NCBI GenBank assembly: GCA_963716725.1
Contig: CAVQUB010000021.1
Location: 224,001 to 288,000 of the forward strand
From: an uncultured delta proteobacterium
Lineage (GTDB): Bacteria > Myxococcota_A > Polyangia > Polyangiales > Polyangiaceae
Reading direction: 5' to 3'
Length of the DNA stretch: 64,000 bases
Part shown: in pieces, positions 8,460-17,380 of the stretch
How the letters are laid out: each line of letters starts with the position of its first letter
How positions within the stretch are numbered: position 1 is the first letter of the stretch
Notes under the pieces: generated by a model
What the model was told of the DNA's origin: nothing
Database searches by the model: none
The model's input: the letters and a program-made list of their open reading frames with translations, nothing else
Program-made: the position numbers and the translations under genes

Positions 8460-11400
8460 GCGGCACCGGGCCGGGTCGGGTGGAGCAGGTATCGCCGCCG
8501 CAGGAAACGCGTCACCGCGCGGTACCAGGGCCAAGGCACCGAGTAGTTGTCGTCGCCAAATTCGACGAAGCCGCGCGCCTGCCCATAGCGCAGCGTATCC
8601 TGGACCTTGGCCAGCGGGATCATGGTTGCGTCGCTCACTTCTCGAGCGCTGGAATCCTCGAGGCGCACGAGCGCGCGCAGAACGAAGAGCGACGCATCCG
8701 GCAGGCGCTCGAGCTCGGCGATGTCGGCGGGCTCGAAGGGCTCCACCCGCGCGGCCCCGTCTTCCGCGAGGCTCAAGCAGCTGCGCCAGGCGTGGATCGC
8801 CAGTCCCGGATTGCCCTCCGCGTAGTCCCACATCATGCGGCTGTAAGCGATCTCGGCGCGTTGACGCGCTTCTTCGCGGTCGAACGCGTCCGCGTCGGCG
8901 GGCAGGTCGTCGATGACCACGGAGAAGTCCGGCGTGACGCCGGCTTCTTTGCAGCGCAGCCGGATCAGGCGAACGATGGCCTCTTCTTGCCAGCGTCGCA
9001 GCACCAGCGCCTCGTCGAAGGCCGGGCGTGCGCCGCGCGCCAGCTCGAAGAAGCGCCAGACGACGTCATCGATGGCGAACACCCAGGCCGAGCGCGAGCT
9101 GTACTTGCGCGCGACCTCGAGCAGTCGATCCATCGCGTCGAGGCCGCCCATGGTGGGACGGATGAGCCGGTGAGCGTCGTCGAGCAGCAAGGCAGCGTCA
9201 TCTCCGCCCTGGTCGAGCTTCTCGCCAATCTCGTCGAAGGTGGCTTCAGCCCGGAGACCGAGCGCTCGAGCAATGGCGGGCTGGAGTTCGGTGAGGCCGC
9301 CCGGTGGGCAAGTCACCAGCGTCACGGTCTTGCGCTGACCCTGCATCCGGTGCAGGAGCGTGGTCTTTCCAAGACCTCGCTCTCCGACTACGGCAAAGAC
9401 GCCGCCGCCCCGGCGGTCGATCTGCTCGAGCAGCTCATTGGCCTCCTCGTCCGCAGCGCTGGTGACCAAGCTCATGGAAGGCGTCTCGGGGTCCAACGCA
9501 CGCAGGAGCTCGTCCGAGAGCGACGCGCGCGGTTCCCGGCCATCACCCACGACCTTCTTGCTCATCTCGCGCTGAAACAGGTAGGCCAGCAGGCGCCGCG
9601 TGAGCTCCAGCCCGGTGGTCCACGCGCGGATACGACGGCCCACGCCCGTGCCGAGCAAGAACACGCCTGCGAGCGCGGCCACCGGGAAGCTCACCCAGCC
9701 GGCTTTGCGGGCGTCGACCCAGCGATCGAAGGGGCGCTTCTTGCGCTTGGTGGCCACGATCTCGAAGATGATCGGCTTCCACCAGTGCACGATCACCAGC
9801 GCCACCGGCAGCGCGGCAAACCAGCCCGCGGAGAACACCCAGGTGTAGATGGTGCCCTTGCCCACGACGACGTCGGTGACCGACAAGATCGCCCCAAAAA
9901 CCACCACCGCGCGGCTGATCAGACGCAGGGAGGCGATCCGGATGTGGCGCGTCTGCATCTGGGTGACGCGAACCAGCCGCCCGCTGCCCTCCCCGGCGAG
10001 CGCGTCCGCGACATCGACCGCGAGCGCGCCGCCCACGGTCCAACCCACGATGGCGACGGGGATCCTGATTTCCAGCAGGCCGAGGATCTCCGGCGGCAGG
10101 AATCGATACAAGACGTATAGGACGACTGCAATCTCGAGCCGAGCGCGGATCCGGATCAAGAACTCGACGCTGCGTTCGGCAAAGCTCGGGCCGACGAGCG
10201 CGCGGCTGCGGCGCGCTTCTCGCAGGCGGTCGAGCAAGGGAACGAGGAAACCCTCGGCCCGACGGCGCCACCACACATACACCGCCAGAACGAAACCCCA
10301 GGAGAGCGCCACCGCGCCGACGCCGAGCACCGAGTCCGTCCGCGCCGGACTCGAGGTACCGAGACCGCGCAGGTAGATGATGGCGTTTCGGAGGCGCGCT
10401 CGGAACGTGAGCGCGACCTGGCGGGCTTCCGCCGCGCCTTGGTCGCGACCCGCCGCCCCAAGGCCCGTCAGCGCGTCGCGCTTGCCCGCAGAGACCAAGG
10501 GCAAGAGCTGCAAGCGGCCGCGGTTGAGCTTCTCGATCTGGGCCGAGAACGCCGCAGCGCGGCCCTGCTGGGCTGCGCGCTCCTCTCCCGCCAGGGTCCG
10601 CTCGGCCTTCTCCAGGTCCGCGCGCTTCTTCGTGGCTACCTCGACGTTCACCTCGGCGGGCAGCTCGCTCAGCGGATTGCCCCCGACGCTCGGCACGTCG
10701 GTATGCGAGGAAGAGAGCGCCGTGAGCGCTCGATCGAGCTCGTCTCTGGAGCCCTTGAGGGTCTTCCGGAGCTCGTCGTAGAGAGCGTCGACGGACTCGC
10801 CGCCGCTCTTCTGCGGCGCGGCCGCTTCGATGGCCTCGCGGATCCGACGCTGCCAGGTCAGCGTGGTCTCGGCCGCCGCATCCAGCGCTTGTCTCCGTCG
10901 CACGAGCTCGCCCTCGAACTCGGCCTGCTGCTTCTCGACGGAGAGCAGTCGCGCTTCCTCTTCGGCCACCGTTCGAGCGGCCTCGGTTCGGGCGAGGCGG
11001 GCGACCTCGAGAGCGCGCTGGCGGCTCTCCTCGGCAGCGAGCGCCTTCTTGCCCGATTCGCGGAGCTCCTCTTCAGGCGTGTCGACCCGCTCGGTCTTCT
11101 GGCGCTCGGTGTGACGCTTCAGGAGCGCCTCGCGATCGGCCTGGGGCTTGCGATAGAAATCGAGCCGCGCGGCGTCGAGCGCGAGCCGGGACTGCAAGAG
11201 GATCGAATCGTCGCTCGGGACAGCGGTAGCGCCAGGCGCAGCATCGGCGCCAGCATCGAGCTCAGCCCGCTCCGGAGGCACGCCAAGCACGCGCTCGAGC
11301 CGCACGATCTCGACGGCGATGGCGTTCTCGTCTGCGAGCGGCACGTCGAACAACGACTGCGGCTCGACCGTCACGTCGAGCTTCTCTGCCAAGAGGGCCC

Positions 11401-11575
11401 GGACACGCTCCACCTGTCGCGCGAGCGCCTTCACCTCTTCGGGGTGGTCGGCGATCTCGCCCGCGTCGGCGCCGGGAGCTAGGCTCACCTCGGCATCCGG
11501 CCCCGCATCGGCCCCGGCCACGCCCGCCACGGCGACCCACGCGCTCAGCAGGGCCCAAGCTGTTCTTCGGCGCAT
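8456..11575 (-). CDS. large membrane protein: signal peptide, coiled coil, multiple TM helices, C-terminal P-loop NTPase (AAA+/STAND-like)
   Basis: signal peptide; long A/E/R-rich helical region; several hydrophobic segments; Walker A GERGLGKT, Walker B LLLDDAH, EGNPG. Confidence 0.75.
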   Translation of the reverse strand: MRRRTAWALLSAWVAVAGVAGADAGPDAEVSLAPGADAGEIADHPEEVKALARQVERVRALLAEKLDVTVEPQSLFDVPLADENAIAVEIVRLERVLGVPPERAELDAGADAAPGATAVPSDDSILLQSRLALDAARLDFYRKPQADREALLKRHTERQKTERVDTPEEELRESGKKALAAEESRQRALEVARLARTEAARTVAEEEARLLSVEKQQAEFEGELVRRRQALDAAAETTLTWQRRIREAIEAAAPQKSGGESVDALYDELRKTLKGSRDELDRALTALSSSHTDVPSVGGNPLSELPAEVNVEVATKKRADLEKAERTLAGEERAAQQGRAAAFSAQIEKLNRGRLQLLPLVSAGKRDALTGLGAAGRDQGAAEARQVALTFRARLRNAIIYLRGLGTSSPARTDSVLGVGAVALSWGFVLAVYVWWRRRAEGFLVPLLDRLREARRSRALVGPSFAERSVEFLIRIRARLEIAVVLYVLYRFLPPEILGLLEIRIPVAIVGWTVGGALAVDVADALAGEGSGRLVRVTQMQTRHIRIASLRLISRAVVVFGAILSVTDVVVGKGTIYTWVFSAGWFAALPVALVIVHWWKPIIFEIVATKRKKRPFDRWVDARKAGWVSFPVAALAGVFLLGTGVGRRIRAWTTGLELTRRLLAYLFQREMSKKVVGDGREPRASLSDELLRALDPETPSMSLVTSAADEEANELLEQIDRRGGGVFAVVGERGLGKTTLLHRMQGQRKTVTLVTCPPGGLTELQPAIARALGLRAEATFDEIGEKLDQGGDDAALLLDDAHRLIRPTMGGLDAMDRLLEVARKYSSRSAWVFAIDDVVWRFFELARGARPAFDEALVLRRWQEEAIVRLIRLRCKEAGVTPDFSVVIDDLPADADAFDREEARQRAEIAYSRMMWDYAEGNPGLAIHAWRSCLSLAEDGAARVEPFEPADIAELERLPDASLFVLRALVRLEDSSAREVSDATMIPLAKVQDTLRYGQARGFVEFGDDNYSVPWPWYRAVTRFLRRRYLLHPTRPGAA

Positions 11576-11681
11576 TCGACGGCCACATTGATGGTGCGGC
11601 GCCCCACCGGGGTCAAGCGCGGACGGTTGTGCGGATTTCTCCCAAGGGCACCGGGAGGTTAGGCGCTATGCTGCCGGCCGA

Positions 11682-13860
11682 ATGGCCGGCGCTCCGAGTG
11701 ATCCGTTTGGGTGGGTGGGCGCCACCGCGGACGCCAAGTACGTCATCGAAGAGTGCATCGGAGAAGGTGGCTTTGCGGTCGTGTACCGCGCCAACCACCT
11801 GGGCTTCGGCGAGAAGGTCGCCTTCAAATGCCTGCGGGTCCCCGAGGACTTCAAGGGCGAGGACAAGGATCGCTTCTTCGAGAGCTTCTTGCACGAAGGC
11901 AAGCTGCAGCACCGCCTGTCGAGGATGACCGCTGGCATCGTGCAGGCCCTCGACGTCGGCGCGGCGACCTCGCCGACCGGGCACTGGACTCCCTATCTGG
12001 TGCTCGAGTGGCTCGAGGGTCGGACCCTCGAGCGGGACATGGACGAGCGGCACAAGTTGGGAGCTCGGGGACGGCCCCTCGCCGAAGCGCTCACTCTGCT
12101 CGACCCCGTCGCGCGAGCCCTCGATCTGGCTCACGAACAAGGCGTCGCGCACCGCGACGTGAAACCGGCCAACCTGTTTCTCGCCGAGATCGGCGGCAGG
12201 CAAACCATCAAGGTCTTGGACTTCGGCATCGCCAAGGTCATCACCGAGACGGCCAGCGTGACCCGAGCCTTCGAGGTCACGGGGCGAACGTTGCAAGCAT
12301 TCACCGCCCACTACGGCGCGCCGGAGCAGTTCGCGCGCCGCTTCGGGGCCACCGGACCCTGGACGGACGTGTTCGCCCTCGCGCTCGTCCTGATCGAGCT
12401 GGTCAGCGGCAAGCGTGCGCTCGAGGGCGAGGACGCCGCGGAGCTCTTCGTCTCGTCGGCGGATTCTGGAGCACCGGCCCACGCTGCGGGCCCGCGGAGT
12501 CGACGTGAGCGATCCCGTCGAAGAGGTGATCCAGGTCGCGCTCTCGGTGGATCCGAGGGCCCGCTACCGCAACATGGGAGAGTTTTGGACCGCGCTGTCG
12601 GACGCCGCGAACTGGGCGCCGCGCGCCCAAATGTCGTCGCACGCCGCGGTGCTTCCCTCGGACACGTACCTGCCCACGTCCGACGGAGCAGCCATCGACG
12701 CGCTCTTGCCGTCCTCGCCGCCGCCGGACGCCCTGACAGCGGTGGGGCCGCCGCCGTCTCTGCAACGAATGCCAGAGGCTTCGACTCAGCTCTCGTCGAG
12801 CACGCAGGTACCGATAGAACCCGGGCAGGCCGCCGTCGAGATCGTGCCCGGCCGGCGCGGCCGGCTGCTCGCGACCGTCGCCGCGGGCAGCATCGCCGTC
12901 GGCGCCCTGATCGGAGGCGGCGCTTATCTGGCCTCGTCACGTCGCCCGCCGAGCGCAGCGGCGTCGGCCGCGGCCGTGCCCGAAGCGAGCGTGGCGTCGA
13001 GCGCAACGCCTGCGCCCGAACCGAGCGTCGCCCCTGCGCCAGCGTCGGCGTCCAGCCGACCGGAGCAGCCGCGCCCGTCGCCGCTCGCCAGATCGATACC
13101 GGCCGGCGCCGTTCCTGGTTCTAACGCCTGGGTAGAGGAGTTCCGCACTCAGTCGCTCCCCGACGACGCCGGGCGCAGCGTGCTGGAGGCCCAGACCAAG
13201 TGCGCAGACGCGGGGCTCTCTCTGTGCACCGAGCAACAATGGGCTCGAGTTTGTGCGGACGACGCGACCGTGGCGCGCGATCCGTCGTGGACGCTCTCCG
13301 CGCAGTCGCATGGGTTCGTGGTGCGAGGCGGCGGCGCGTGCACCATCCGCGCGGTCGCAGCCGGCGCGAGCGCGGCGCCGGACCGGCGCGGGCTCTGCTG
13401 CGAGCGGTCGATTGCCATCGAGTCCAACAACCGCAACAAGAACTTCGTGGTCGCAACCTCCCGCGCCCTCGAGAAGATCGAGGCTGCGCTGAACGCGCGG
13501 CGCACCAGCGTCTTCATGGGGCTCGTGAGTGACGGCGCGTCCATCGACGGTGAGCCTCGAACGCTCGCCGAGATCGGCAAGATGCTGGATCAGTCGTATC
13601 AGCAGTTCCCCGATCAATGGACCATCATCGATACCTGCAGCGTGAGCATGAAGGCCGTGGTGCGGGCACCGCTCAAGCCCAACAAGAGCAAACGAAAGCC
13701 TCGACCCCCCGAGAGCTCGTCGTGGAGCGCCGAGTGCGAAGTGCTCCGGCAGCGCGGCGGGCAGATCAGCGTCGTGACCACCAGCTACGTGATCGCGGGC
13801 AACGGCCGCCTGCAGCGCATCGACGACATCCGCACCAGCCGGCCGTGGTCCAAACCGTGA
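11682..13860 (+). CDS. membrane-anchored Ser/Thr protein kinase, split by a +1 frameshift near 12464-12465
   Basis: IGEGGFAVVY, VAFK, HRDVKPAN, LDFGIAK, YGAPEQ, WTDVFAL; removing one T in GATTCTG joins the two ORFs (..SSAD-LEHRPTL..); TM segment and Cys-containing extracellular part follow. Confidence 0.85.
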
Positions 13861-14318
13861 GGCTGTCGGGCGTGCTTCTGACCCTCGGCGTCGGAGGCTG
13901 CGCGCACGTCGCTCCGCTGCCCCAGCCGCTGCCGCCGGCGGCAGGAGCCCCGCCCTCGCCGAGCCCCGCAGCAACGACGGCGCCCGGCGCCTCACAGCCG
14001 GAGTTGGCGCCCACCACTGCGCTCGACGGCGAAGCGACGTACTACTCGGACAAGCTCGCCGGGCGAAAGACCGCCAGCGGCGAGCGCTACGATCCCGCGG
14101 CGCTGACCGCCGCGCACCGCTGGTTGCCCTTCGGCACGCGCGTTCGAGTGGTGCGCGTGGACACGGGCAACTCGGTGCTGGTGCGCATCACGGATCGTGG
14201 TCCCTTCGGGAAACCGAGCCGCATCATCGACCTGTCGAAGGCAGCAGCGAGGCAGCTCGACATGCTCCGGGCTGGAGTGATCCGCGTTCGCGTGGAAGTG
14301 CTGCCGCCCGGAGGCTGA
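13857..14318 (+). CDS. rlpA: RlpA-family lytic transglycosylase (DPBB) lipoprotein
   Basis: GEATYY, GRKTASGE, LTAAHRWLPFGTRV, VRITDRGPF, IIDLSKAAA; lipobox VGGC; no SPOR domain. Confidence 0.9.
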   Translation: MRLSGVLLTLGVGGCAHVAPLPQPLPPAAGAPPSPSPAATTAPGASQPELAPTTALDGEATYYSDKLAGRKTASGERYDPAALTAAHRWLPFGTRVRVVRVDTGNSVLVRITDRGPFGKPSRIIDLSKAAARQLDMLRAGVIRVRVEVLPPGG

Positions 14319-14325
14319 ATTCGCC

Positions 14326-14814
14326 TCAGCCGGCGTCCTTGCTCATCTCCAGATAGACGGTGATCGAGCTGCGCTCCGCCGCGGTATCCACGGCGAGAGT
14401 CACGTTGTTTGCGGCCTTCTGAAAACAGTCGTTCAAGGTGGCGGAGCCCGGTCCCGAGTGCGACGCCGACACGCTCTTGCGCTCGCCCTTGACGAACAAG
14501 TAGCTCAAGATCATGCGGCCCGCGGCCTCCGGCGTCGCTTCGAGCGTCGCCGCGTAGCAGGATTCGAAGGCCTCCCCCTGGCTCTCCAGGCCCTTGCGCA
14601 CCGCGGCCTCGTCCACGCCGCCACCCTGAATCTCGACCTTGCTCACGGCGACGCGGCGCGGCGCGGGCGGGGCGTTCGCTTCGGCGGTATCGGCCGCCGT
14701 CGGGCCGGGCTCCGAGCTGGGACCCGCGGGCGGCGGCGCAGGCGAACCCCCACAGCCGAAGCCAACGAGGCTCATGCAAGCAACGACGCCGATAGACCAA
14801 GTGGGAGCACGCAT
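14326..14814 (-). CDS. hypothetical lipoprotein (possible AgmX/PglI C-terminal-like domain)
   Basis: lipobox GFGC, Pro-rich linker, FESCY...GRM...NDCF pattern. Confidence 0.55.
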   Translation of the reverse strand: MRAPTWSIGVVACMSLVGFGCGGSPAPPPAGPSSEPGPTAADTAEANAPPAPRRVAVSKVEIQGGGVDEAAVRKGLESQGEAFESCYAATLEATPEAAGRMILSYLFVKGERKSVSASHSGPGSATLNDCFQKAANNVTLAVDTAAERSSITVYLEMSKDAG

Positions 14815-14866
14815 TTTCGCGTAACTGACCCAAGTCAGAGTCCGCCGTCAAGGGTCCAGAGCGACC

Positions 14867-15118
14867 TCAGAGCGTGCCGGAGTGGGCTCGCAGCAGAGCG
14901 TAGAGCTCGTCTTTCAGGTGCAGGCGCTGTTTCTTGAGAACCTCGAAGGCAAAGTCCGACATGGGAACATCCGCCGCTTCGGCCTTCACCACCTCGGCGT
15001 TGGTCGCGGCGTAGCGGTCGAGGAGCTCCTTGAAGCTCGCGTCGCTGAGCCGCAGCTCGGCGATCTGCGCTTTGTGATCGGGGAACTCCGACTCCAGATC
15101 GTGCGATTGAACGTGCAT
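14867..15118 (-). CDS. YdcH / DUF465 family small protein
   Basis: HDLESEFP...LKKQRLHLKDEL signature; AAGGAG RBS. Confidence 0.85.
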   Translation of the reverse strand: MHVQSHDLESEFPDHKAQIAELRLSDASFKELLDRYAATNAEVVKAEAADVPMSDFAFEVLKKQRLHLKDELYALLRAHSGTL

Positions 15119-15121
15119 GGT

Positions 15122-17194
15122 CTACTCCTTGGTCGCGGCGCCGTGGTGACCAGCGGCGCGGCGTTGCTGGTGCTCTTGTGTCAGACGCTGCTGGACGGAT
15201 TCGGGGACTCGGTCGAAGTGACTGAAGGCGATGGAGTAGCTGCCGTCGCCGCCGGTCATGGACTTCAGGCGGCTCTCGAAGGCGCCCATCTCGGCCATGG
15301 GCGCCTCGCCACTGATCTCGGCGCGCCCGTCTGCCAGGGCTGAGTTTCCCGTGATGCGCCCGCGCCGATGGGCAAAGTCGGCGCTCAGCTCGCCCAGCAG
15401 GTCAGCGCGCGCGCGAACGTGCACCTCGAGTACGGGCTCGAGCACGATGGGCCCCGCCTGCGCCACCGCGTCGAGCATGGCGTGGCGCCCGGCGGTGATG
15501 AACGCGACCTCTTTCGAGTCCACCGCGTGGGTCTTGCCGTCGAAGACCGTCACGCGCACGTCCGAGATGGGGTAGCCCGCTGCAACGCCCTCGCCCAGCG
15601 CCTGCCGGACGCCCTTCTCGACGGCCGAGATGAAGTGCCCGGGGATGACGCCGCCCTTGATTTCGTCCACGAACTCGAAGCCCGCCCCGCGTTCGAGCGG
15701 CTCGATGCGAAGGGCCACCTCACCGAACTGCCCGGCGCCACCGGTCTGCTTCTTGTGTCGATAACGCGTCTCGGATCGCGCCGAGATGGTCTCGCGGTAG
15801 GGCACGCTCGGTTCGCGGGTCTCGACCTTGACGTTGTACCGCGAGCCGAGTTGCTCGACGATTGTGCGCAGGTGGACCTCACCGAGTCCCCGGATGATGG
15901 TCTCATTCGACTCCGCATCGTGTTCCACCGCGAGCGACGGATCTTCTTCGAGCAGACGGTGCAACGCGTCCGACAGTTTCTGCTCGTCGCCGCGCCGCGC
16001 TGGGATCAGCGCGAGGCCGAAGACGGGCGTGGGAAAGGGTGGCGGATGGAGGTGGATCTGGTCTTCGTCGTGCGAATCGTGCAGCACGGCGTCCCGGGTG
16101 ATGGAATCGACGCGGGCGACGGCGCAGATGTCCCCCGCGATGGCCCGCTCGACGTCGACCTGGTTCTTCCCCTGCAGACGCAGCAGGTGCGACACCTTGA
16201 AGGGCTTGCGCGCGTCGCCGATGAAGAGCTGACTGCCCGGTGCGATGGTGCCCTGGTACAGGCGGAAGATCGCCAGCTTGCCCCGGAATGGGTCATTCAC
16301 GATCTCGAAGACGTGGGCGACGGCGTGGCGATTGGGATCGGCCACGACGTGCACCGCAGCAGCCTCGGCGCCTTGACTCCGGAAGAACCGGGGAGGATTA
16401 CCTTCGGTGGGGTCGGGCATCAGCTTTGCGATCACGTCCAGGAGTTCGCGCGTTCCCGCGCCGGTCGTACCGGAGACGAAGCACACCGGGATCAGGGCCC
16501 CCTGGCGAAGCGCGGCCTCGAACGCGTCGTGCAACTGCTCGGCCTTCAGCGACTCGCCCTGGCCCAGATAGAGCTCCATGAGCCGGTCATCGAGCGCGAC
16601 AACCTGGTCGACGACGGCGTCGTGCGCGGCCGCGACGCTGGAGAACGCGGTCTCGGCGCCCAGCTCGGGAGAGAAGAAGCAGTCGATGACTCGGTCCCCT
16701 TGGGGCGACGGCAGGTTGATGGGCAGACAGACCTTGCCGAACATCTCGGTGAGCTCGGTCATCAGCCCGGCGATCCTCTGAGGCTGGAGGTCGATCTTGT
16801 TGACGATCACCATACGACACAGGCCATCGGCCGCTCTCATCGCGCGCCGAGTGACCGCGCCTATCCCGGCGTCGGCACCAATGACCACGGCCGCCGTCTC
16901 GACGGCTTCGAGTGCCTCGAAGGCTCGACCGAGGAAGTCGGGTGTACCCGGCGTGTCCAAGAGATTCACGTGGTGGTCGGCCCACTCGAAGTGCGTGAGG
17001 CTAACGTTCAGCGAGTGGCGCATCGACTTCTCGAGGGGGTCGAAGTCGCTGACGGTGTCGCCTCGCTCGATCGAGCCAGCAGCCGGGATGGCCTTCGCGG
17101 CAAACAGCAGGCGCTCGGTCAACGTCGTCTTGCCGCTGCTGGCCTGGCCGAGCAGGGCGATGTTCCGAAGGGTATGAGGGGAAGCAGGGTTCAT
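15122..17194 (-). CDS. fusA: elongation factor G paralogue (EF-G2/FusA2-like)
   Basis: LRNIALLGQASSGKTTL, DTPG, NKID, EEDPSL, GLGEVHL, YRETI, HKKQTGGAGQFG, VDS, LEPV. Confidence 0.9.
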   Translation of the reverse strand: MNPASPHTLRNIALLGQASSGKTTLTERLLFAAKAIPAAGSIERGDTVSDFDPLEKSMRHSLNVSLTHFEWADHHVNLLDTPGTPDFLGRAFEALEAVETAAVVIGADAGIGAVTRRAMRAADGLCRMVIVNKIDLQPQRIAGLMTELTEMFGKVCLPINLPSPQGDRVIDCFFSPELGAETAFSSVAAAHDAVVDQVVALDDRLMELYLGQGESLKAEQLHDAFEAALRQGALIPVCFVSGTTGAGTRELLDVIAKLMPDPTEGNPPRFFRSQGAEAAAVHVVADPNRHAVAHVFEIVNDPFRGKLAIFRLYQGTIAPGSQLFIGDARKPFKVSHLLRLQGKNQVDVERAIAGDICAVARVDSITRDAVLHDSHDEDQIHLHPPPFPTPVFGLALIPARRGDEQKLSDALHRLLEEDPSLAVEHDAESNETIIRGLGEVHLRTIVEQLGSRYNVKVETREPSVPYRETISARSETRYRHKKQTGGAGQFGEVALRIEPLERGAGFEFVDEIKGGVIPGHFISAVEKGVRQALGEGVAAGYPISDVRVTVFDGKTHAVDSKEVAFITAGRHAMLDAVAQAGPIVLEPVLEVHVRARADLLGELSADFAHRRGRITGNSALADGRAEISGEAPMAEMGAFESRLKSMTGGDGSYSIAFSHFDRVPESVQQRLTQEHQQRRAAGHHGAATKE

Positions 17195-17380
17195 GTCCGT
17201 GGACTCCAGGGCTAGCGACCGGCCGGGGAAAGCACATCCCGTGCGAGGCCGACGCCGTTGGACAAAAGGCCTGCCGAGCCCGATGCTTCGCGAACGATTT
17301 GCGCACGCTAGGACGCTGCCCGCAGATGACTCGCGGTCGCCGCTATCTGGCCCTCCGAAATCGTCGTATAGGCGCGCGCC

